Of a DNA stretch of 64,000 nt, positions 59,479 to 64,000 are shown piece after piece. The translations under genes were made by a program, and so were the position numbers. Within the stretch, counting starts at the first letter, position 1. Each line of letters opens with the position of its first letter. Source of the stretch: an uncultured virus (IMG/VR IMGVR_UViG_3300031963_000091) (lineage: Duplodnaviria > Heunggongvirae > Uroviricota > Caudoviricetes); the IMG/VR virus record IMGVR_UViG_3300031963_000091; one strand, 5' to 3'. The notes below the pieces were generated by a model that was not told where the DNA came from, ran no database searches, and saw only the letters and a list, made by a program, of their open reading frames with translations.

Positions 59479-59730
59479 CTATTTAGATTCATAGATGTCA
59501 TTTCGGGTTTTGACATACTTCAATTGTTTCCAGGACTCTGGATAGCAAATCACCAGTGTTCTTTCATTCCGATGATAAGTTCCATGAGGTAGATCTTCTG
59601 GATGTTTTGGATAAACCTTCGTCTCAATAGTAAGATAATCATTATCCTTAAAATACACCCATCCTTCTACACTGAACTTACCCTTTTCCCACAGTACATA
59701 ATCATTTACCTGGGGGATGTATGTGCTCAT
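59479..59730 (-). CDS. Hypothetical protein
   Basis: YIPQVNDYVLW...EGWVYFK; operon-coupled. Confidence 0.7.
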   Translation of the reverse strand: MSTYIPQVNDYVLWEKGKFSVEGWVYFKDNDYLTIETKVYPKHPEDLPHGTYHRNERTLVICYPESWKQLKYVKTRNDIYESK

Positions 59731-60008
59731 AGAAATGCCAATTCTAATGGATTGAGATTAAGTTGCATCGCACTATAAGGAGTCGTTTTGTCTATATCAA
59801 CAATGGATCCGACTGTACTGGAGTTGATAGGGGCATGGTATTCTCTTGTCTTGGTATTATAGAATCCCCAGATACAACGGACGGGATCACCAAGATTGTA
59901 ATCAAACCTACGGTCATAATGAATCCAGACAGCAACAACATTGCGTTTGTGGTTTGTTTGCTCATAATACATTCCCTTTGGTGCCTTGTGAGGAAACTCA
60001 ATCATCAT
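59727..60008 (-). CDS. Hypothetical protein
   Basis: EFPHKAPKG...CIWGFYN...TTPYSAM; ATGA overlap. Confidence 0.7.
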   Translation of the reverse strand: MMIEFPHKAPKGMYYEQTNHKRNVVAVWIHYDRRFDYNLGDPVRCIWGFYNTKTREYHAPINSSTVGSIVDIDKTTPYSAMQLNLNPLELAFL

Positions 60009-60164
60009 GGTCTGGTGTTGCTTTCAAATCGTTTGGATTGTCACCGTTGAGAACATATTCATTCAGAATCGCATCACACTGTTCTTTTGTCAGTTTCCGA
60101 TGAACAACCTCCCATCCAGAAGTAAAGTGTTGCCAGATCTTATACAATTGCTGTTCAGTCATAA

Positions 60165-60395
60165 TCAGGTCGTAAAAGCATCAATAATACCAGATTCATA
60201 ATCATCCACCAGTGTGAACTTCTGTGCCTTGACAACATTCGGCATGATCAGACTCTGATACTGTTCATCAAATCCTTCCTCCTGTGAAAGAAGTTCAAAT
60301 GCCTCTGTATCATCTTCGGCAATGAGATTGATGACTCCACCATATTCACTAGAAGGAAATGGAACCCAGTAATCAACAATGTAAAGACTTTTCAT
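60165..60395 (-). CDS. Hypothetical protein
   Basis: YIVDYWVPFPSSEYGG; promoter TTGACA-N17-TACAAT at 60419-60447. Confidence 0.75.
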   Translation of the reverse strand: MKSLYIVDYWVPFPSSEYGGVINLIAEDDTEAFELLSQEEGFDEQYQSLIMPNVVKAQKFTLVDDYESGIIDAFTT

Positions 60396-60418
60396 TGGTA
60401 TGTGTAAATTACTCCTGA

Positions 60419-60447
60419 ATTGTAGTTGAAACTGATGTATTTGTCAA
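60419..60447 (-). promoter_or_regulatory. Sigma70-like early promoter
   Basis: TTGACA-N17-TACAAT. Confidence 0.75.
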
Positions 60448-60587
60448 GTGAGAAAGTTGTCTCTGAAGTTCGACTCTAATTGAAATCAGATGAGCATACA
60501 TCATCACCTTGTACTCATTATCCTTAAGAAGTTCAGTGAGATTATGAATCTGAATTAGTGCCAAATGAAGTTTTGTTCTTTGATCCA

Positions 60588-60770
60588 TTACACAAACTCT
60601 TCCAAATAATAATCAACCGTCACATTGAGATCTGCTGCCTTCTTTTCATAAAACTTCTTGGTATAGCATTCTGCCTCTATCCATTGATGATGAGAATGAA
60701 TATTTTCTTCGGCATGTTTCATAAAATCTTCAAAGGCATTTATGAACTGTGAAATATCTTCTTCGTTCAT
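60588..60770 (-). CDS. Small acidic protein with C-terminal EKxAAxLxVxxDYYxEEFV motif
   Basis: MNEEDISQFINAFEDF...YEKKAADLNVTVDYYLEEFV*. Confidence 0.7.
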   Translation of the reverse strand: MNEEDISQFINAFEDFMKHAEENIHSHHQWIEAECYTKKFYEKKAADLNVTVDYYLEEFV

Positions 60771-61246
60771 ACTAATAGGTTTTGGCACTGGCAATTTTAG
60801 AATACAATTCAGACAGTTCAAGAATACTCAATTCGGTTTTGGAAAGATCCAGACGATTCAAAACCTGAAGAAGAGCACGGATTTCTTTTTGTGAAAATTC
60901 AAGAGTTTCCATCAGAACAATTCCAGTTGGGCAAATTGCAGGTGATCATCACAACTATCAGAATCATGAAGATCAATCATGTCACTATCAGTATGAGAGA
61001 ACAGTTTGTCAAACAGAAAATTAACAAACTCATGATTTTCTTGAGTCATCATCAGACAGAAGGAGTAACTTGAATTTCTTTGATGTTGAGTCCACACAAT
61101 TGATTGTAGACTCGGTTGTTAATCAGATCACAGGCACGATTGGCACGACTCTTCTCATACCAAATAGTGACGCAACCATCATTGGTCTCAACACGCACTC
61201 GGTAGGTTTTCATGAGGTGTCTCTCTGTTGATGCTCTTATTATAGG

Positions 61247-61450
61247 TCAGAAAGACGGCACCACATCGTTGCGTAGACCAGTTTGCGAAGTGTCCATCTG
61301 CTCCCAGAGAGAATACAATTTGTCATACAGTGCCTGGGCACTTCCATATTCTCTGGCAATGCGATTCTCATCACTATTTGTAAGCAATTGAAGTGCGGAC
61401 AACATCACACCAATCTCATGAACATTTAGATTTACATTTGTTTCTGTCAT
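61247..61450 (-). CDS. Hypothetical protein
   Basis: MTETNVNLNVHEIGVMLSALQ...; its 3' end contains a palindrome copy. Confidence 0.65.
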   Translation of the reverse strand: MTETNVNLNVHEIGVMLSALQLLTNSDENRIAREYGSAQALYDKLYSLWEQMDTSQTGLRNDVVPSF

Positions 61451-61455
61451 TTGTT

Positions 61456-61833
61456 TCAATCCCAAGATACATTTTGTACCAAAAATCCAGGCATCACATA
61501 AGTCCAGGCACCCAGATCATTGTGCCCGCCAACCTTATACTCCCACTTATACTCAAACTTATTATGAGAGTCCCATGTCATATAACCCTGTTCCTTATCA
61601 AAACGACCTTTGATCGTAAGACCATGTTTGTTAGAGAAGATATTGCGAGTGCGAAGAGCACCACCTTTCTCACGAGTTTCAATCACCACACAGGTATCAG
61701 GATAGGTTTGAATACCTTTTTCCAACATACAAGGAGTTTCATAACGAAACGGACGATAAAAGGCATTTTGTTCTGGCGTTGCAAGTGCAGGAGCACCAGA
61801 AAGAACAAGCAGAAGTGCAAACAGTTTCTTCAT
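61456..61833 (-). CDS. Secreted hypothetical protein (signal peptide)
   Basis: MKKLFALLLVLSGAPALA-TPEQ (A-x-A cleavage site); ATGA overlap with the RlpA-like gene. Confidence 0.7.
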   Translation of the reverse strand: MKKLFALLLVLSGAPALATPEQNAFYRPFRYETPCMLEKGIQTYPDTCVVIETREKGGALRTRNIFSNKHGLTIKGRFDKEQGYMTWDSHNKFEYKWEYKVGGHNDLGAWTYVMPGFLVQNVSWD

Positions 61834-62144
61834 CCGACTACACGATAACAAATAGTGGCATTACCCTTACGGGTGGATTCAATATGAGCAAATGCGGCAT
61901 AAGATAGATCCAGGTCGGCATGAGAATACGGACCACGATCATTGACTCTTACAATCACTTGCTTTCCATTATCTTGATTGGTGACGCGAATCTTACTACC
62001 CATTGGAAGATGCGGATGGGCAGCAGTCCATCTATAAGCATTGAATACTTCACCGTTAGCAGTACGATTACCATGAAATCCGTCACCGATTCCATAGAAA
62101 GTGGCAATACCACAAGTAAGACCAGCAATTACAGTTTCAATCAT
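61830..62144 (-). CDS. rlpA: RlpA-like double-psi beta-barrel lytic transglycosylase
   Basis: ATFYG...FHGNRTANGEVF...TAAHPHLPMGSKIRVTN..NGKQVIVRVNDRGPY...LDLSYAAF. Confidence 0.9.
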   Translation of the reverse strand: MIETVIAGLTCGIATFYGIGDGFHGNRTANGEVFNAYRWTAAHPHLPMGSKIRVTNQDNGKQVIVRVNDRGPYSHADLDLSYAAFAHIESTRKGNATICYRVVG

Positions 62145-62272
62145 TTAGGTTGAAAAATTTGTTCAGTAGTGGCATCATATGCCTCAAACATTTTCTGATC
62201 CCTCTGAATCAGAAACACATTATACATCAGAATACCGATGAAAGCAAGAAAGATGTAGGAAGTTTTCATGAG

Positions 62273-62500
62273 TCAGCAGCACACCATCATTTTGATACGA
62301 GGAGAAGTGTGAAACTTGGTCACTTCATAACCATAGGTCTTGATACGGGAATTAGCACCGTTCTCCATGTCACGCTTGGAGATCAGACGCTCGCTCATTT
62401 CCTCACCCTGAAAAGAAGTCACCTGAACAAACTTGTCAGTCAGTCCAGCGGCAGGATAGAAGTCACAGACCATGTTGCCGTCTTTAGAAACCAGTCGCAT
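62273..62500 (-). CDS. Early-type hypothetical protein
   Basis: 75-aa ORF with TATAAT at 62527-62532 and a palindrome 30 bp upstream of it. Confidence 0.7.
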   Translation of the reverse strand: MRLVSKDGNMVCDFYPAAGLTDKFVQVTSFQGEEMSERLISKRDMENGANSRIKTYGYEVTKFHTSPRIKMMVCC

Positions 62501-62527
62501 GGGGTTCTTCCCTTGATTACCTTGTAA

Positions 62528-63004
62528 TTATACTTCCCCCATCAGGCGGTTGGGGAAGAACTGTGCCACTTGTGAAACCGTCCACCCGTTCTTCTCAAAC
62601 AGGTACTCAAGGTATAGGGTTTCTTCCTGTTCTCTTGCTTCAATTTCGTGTGGTTTATACCAATACTCAATATCTTCCACACATTCTTTACCATAATACA
62701 TTTTTCCATAACGGGATCGCAGCGAACCGACTACCCACTGCTTCAGGTGCGTCAGTTCATGTAAAAGAGTTTTTGTATACAACTCTTCGTCCATGTAGGT
62801 ATCCAGTTCAATCAGAAAGTGCCGTGGACGATAAGATTCACCAACTGTGTCACAATATCCATATGCCTGCTCACGCTTCAACCCACGATGTACAATATCC
62901 ACCGTGATCTTATGGCGTGGAAAGAAACGATTCAGAAACCAACAGGTAACATCCTCACAGAGGAGTTTGCGATAACCGTATCCGCTGTGAGTAATAACTG
63001 ACAT
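62528..63004 (-). CDS. Zincin-type metallopeptidase-like protein (HExxH)
   Basis: AYGYC...TLLHELTHLKQW...PHEIEA. Confidence 0.75.
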   Translation of the reverse strand: MSVITHSGYGYRKLLCEDVTCWFLNRFFPRHKITVDIVHRGLKREQAYGYCDTVGESYRPRHFLIELDTYMDEELYTKTLLHELTHLKQWVVGSLRSRYGKMYYGKECVEDIEYWYKPHEIEAREQEETLYLEYLFEKNGWTVSQVAQFFPNRLMGEV

Positions 63005-63150
63005 AATCTAACACCCCAATTCATCAAAATAAAGAAAGAACCAATGAAGACAAGTTTATCAGTCGTCGTCATTATCACTATCCCTCATAAGAACATAACC
63101 AATTCCTGCTCCAATCACAGAACCAATCAACCACCAAAGAACAAAAGTTA

Positions 63151-63354
63151 TCATGCCCAATGCTCCAAATACTCTGTCAGAGAATAATTATCATCAGTGC
63201 TAGTTTCTTCAATCAACTCATCAATACTCATTCTTTGTAGCATCACCAGATACTCTTCAGGAGTAGGATCCACATCAGGGTCAAAATCATCATGACAAAG
63301 AAACTCATACTCATTGACAAGTGCCTCAATCAGTTTTTCTTTTGTAGGATTCAT
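63151..63354 (-). CDS. Small acidic protein
   Basis: MNPTKEKLIEALVNEYEFLCHDDFDPD...; AAGGA Shine-Dalgarno. Confidence 0.7.
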   Translation of the reverse strand: MNPTKEKLIEALVNEYEFLCHDDFDPDVDPTPEEYLVMLQRMSIDELIEETSTDDNYSLTEYLEHWA

Positions 63355-63438
63355 TTTCCTTGTTGAGATGATTAAATCGTGGAGAGAATAATGCTAGTGC
63401 TGCCCAGGCAACACTAGCGGCAATGATAAGGAAGTAAA

Positions 63439-63849
63439 TCATAGTGTTTCAACTTTGATAATACCTTTGTGCGATTTGCGGTCTCCTCTTCTTATAGCGC
63501 GGATGTGTCCTTCATGGTAGTTATTCTCTCGGCACCAAGTATCAAGGGAATATACCTCAATAACTTCGCCAGATTTAAATGTTAGACGATGACGCTTTGC
63601 TGTGGAAATGTGCTCTCCATTTATGAGAGTTTTCTTATGGTGGCAAGACTTACACAACAACTGACATTTTAGTGCCTCCTGGTAGCATATATCAAATCCG
63701 TTAGATGTTGCTAGTGTGCCAACAGAGGCGGTTTTTGTGTTAGGGTCAATATGGTCAAAGTGCAAATCTTCTGTTGCTCCACACATAGCACATTCGTTTC
63801 CAAATGCTTCACGGAGTTTATTCATTCTCTTCATGTATGCTGATGACAT
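63439..63849 (-). CDS. HNH homing endonuclease-like protein
   Basis: CAMCG..EDLHFDHIDP...CQLLCKSCHHKKT plus a C-terminal helix-turn-helix-like DNA-binding segment. Confidence 0.88.
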   Translation of the reverse strand: MSSAYMKRMNKLREAFGNECAMCGATEDLHFDHIDPNTKTASVGTLATSNGFDICYQEALKCQLLCKSCHHKKTLINGEHISTAKRHRLTFKSGEVIEVYSLDTWCRENNYHEGHIRAIRRGDRKSHKGIIKVETL

Positions 63850-63900
63850 AATGGGCAGGTCTTTATTGTATTTATATTATACAATATTTGCCTACCCATT
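63850..63900 (-). promoter_or_regulatory. Late promoter embedded in a long hairpin directly upstream of the HNH start codon
   Basis: AATGGGTAGG-caaa-TATTGTA / TACAATA-aaga-CCTGCCCATT arms; TATAAATA at 63869-63876 in the loop. Confidence 0.75.
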
Positions 63901-63906
63901 GTCAAA

Positions 63907-64000
63907 TCAACGAGCATATAAGTATTGACCGTGCCAGTTTGCGTTTTCAAACATCTGCTCACGGGAGTTGATAATCAGCACATTGTAACGCTCTCCTTTG
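63907..64000 (-). CDS. 3' end of a phage hypothetical protein (partial)
   Basis: Reads ...KGERYNVLIINSREQMFENANWHGQYLYAR* on the minus strand. Confidence 0.6.
   Translation of the reverse strand, partial: KGERYNVLIINSREQMFENANWHGQYLYAR

Larger units (their letters stand above)
53202..62584. repeat. Dispersed 22-bp palindrome family GTG(C/A)CA-N10-TG(G/T)CAC, at least 11 copies, each upstream of a -10 box
   Basis: Copies start at 53202, 53671, 53879, 54616, 55565, 56152, 56387, 56773, 57002, 61275 and 62563 (degenerate copy at 57092). Each lies 29-31 bp from a minus-strand -10 hexamer. Confidence 0.85.

Noticed and set aside
63931..63946. GTGCCAGTTT half-site of the palindrome
   Set aside because: The second arm is missing and the site lies in coding sequence (NWHG codons).
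1..64000. tRNA/rRNA genes, integrase or reverse transcriptase
   Set aside because: None recognised by eye. In particular, no recombinase for the cassette array is visible in this window.

Overview
This window is part of a T4-like cyanophage (cyanomyovirus) genome, and essentially all real genes are on the minus strand. Bases 1-52,400 are AT-rich and follow the usual cyanomyovirus core order. In the direction of transcription that order is: AbrB-like gene, glycosyltransferase-like gene, speD, baseplate g25-g6-g7-g8, a giant structural protein, g13-g23, g3, uvsY, uvsW, g55, an inserted endonuclease VII-like gene, g47 and g46 (truncated by the window edge). Many T4-type late promoters (TATAAATA) and a few rho-independent terminators are visible. 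From about 52,450 the sequence changes abruptly to a GC-richer array of very short genes. Most have their own sigma70-like -10 box, and many are preceded by a repeated 22-bp palindrome (GTGCCA-N10-TGGCAC-like, at least 11 copies, fixed 29-31 bp from the -10). The palindrome often supplies the stop codon or last codons of the upstream gene, so the region looks like a shuffled gene-cassette array. Its cargo includes an orphan HicA-like RNase, an orphan restriction-endonuclease-like protein, a ligase-like nucleotidyltransferase and very acidic peptides. Also present are two candidate structured RNAs, an iteron/AT-rich origin-like locus at about 57.0-57.9 kb, an NblA-like microprotein missed by the ORF track, a modular polyprotein-like head protein, and an HNH gene whose late promoter sits in the loop of a translation-blocking hairpin. 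All family assignments come from recognising motifs by eye; no searches were run.
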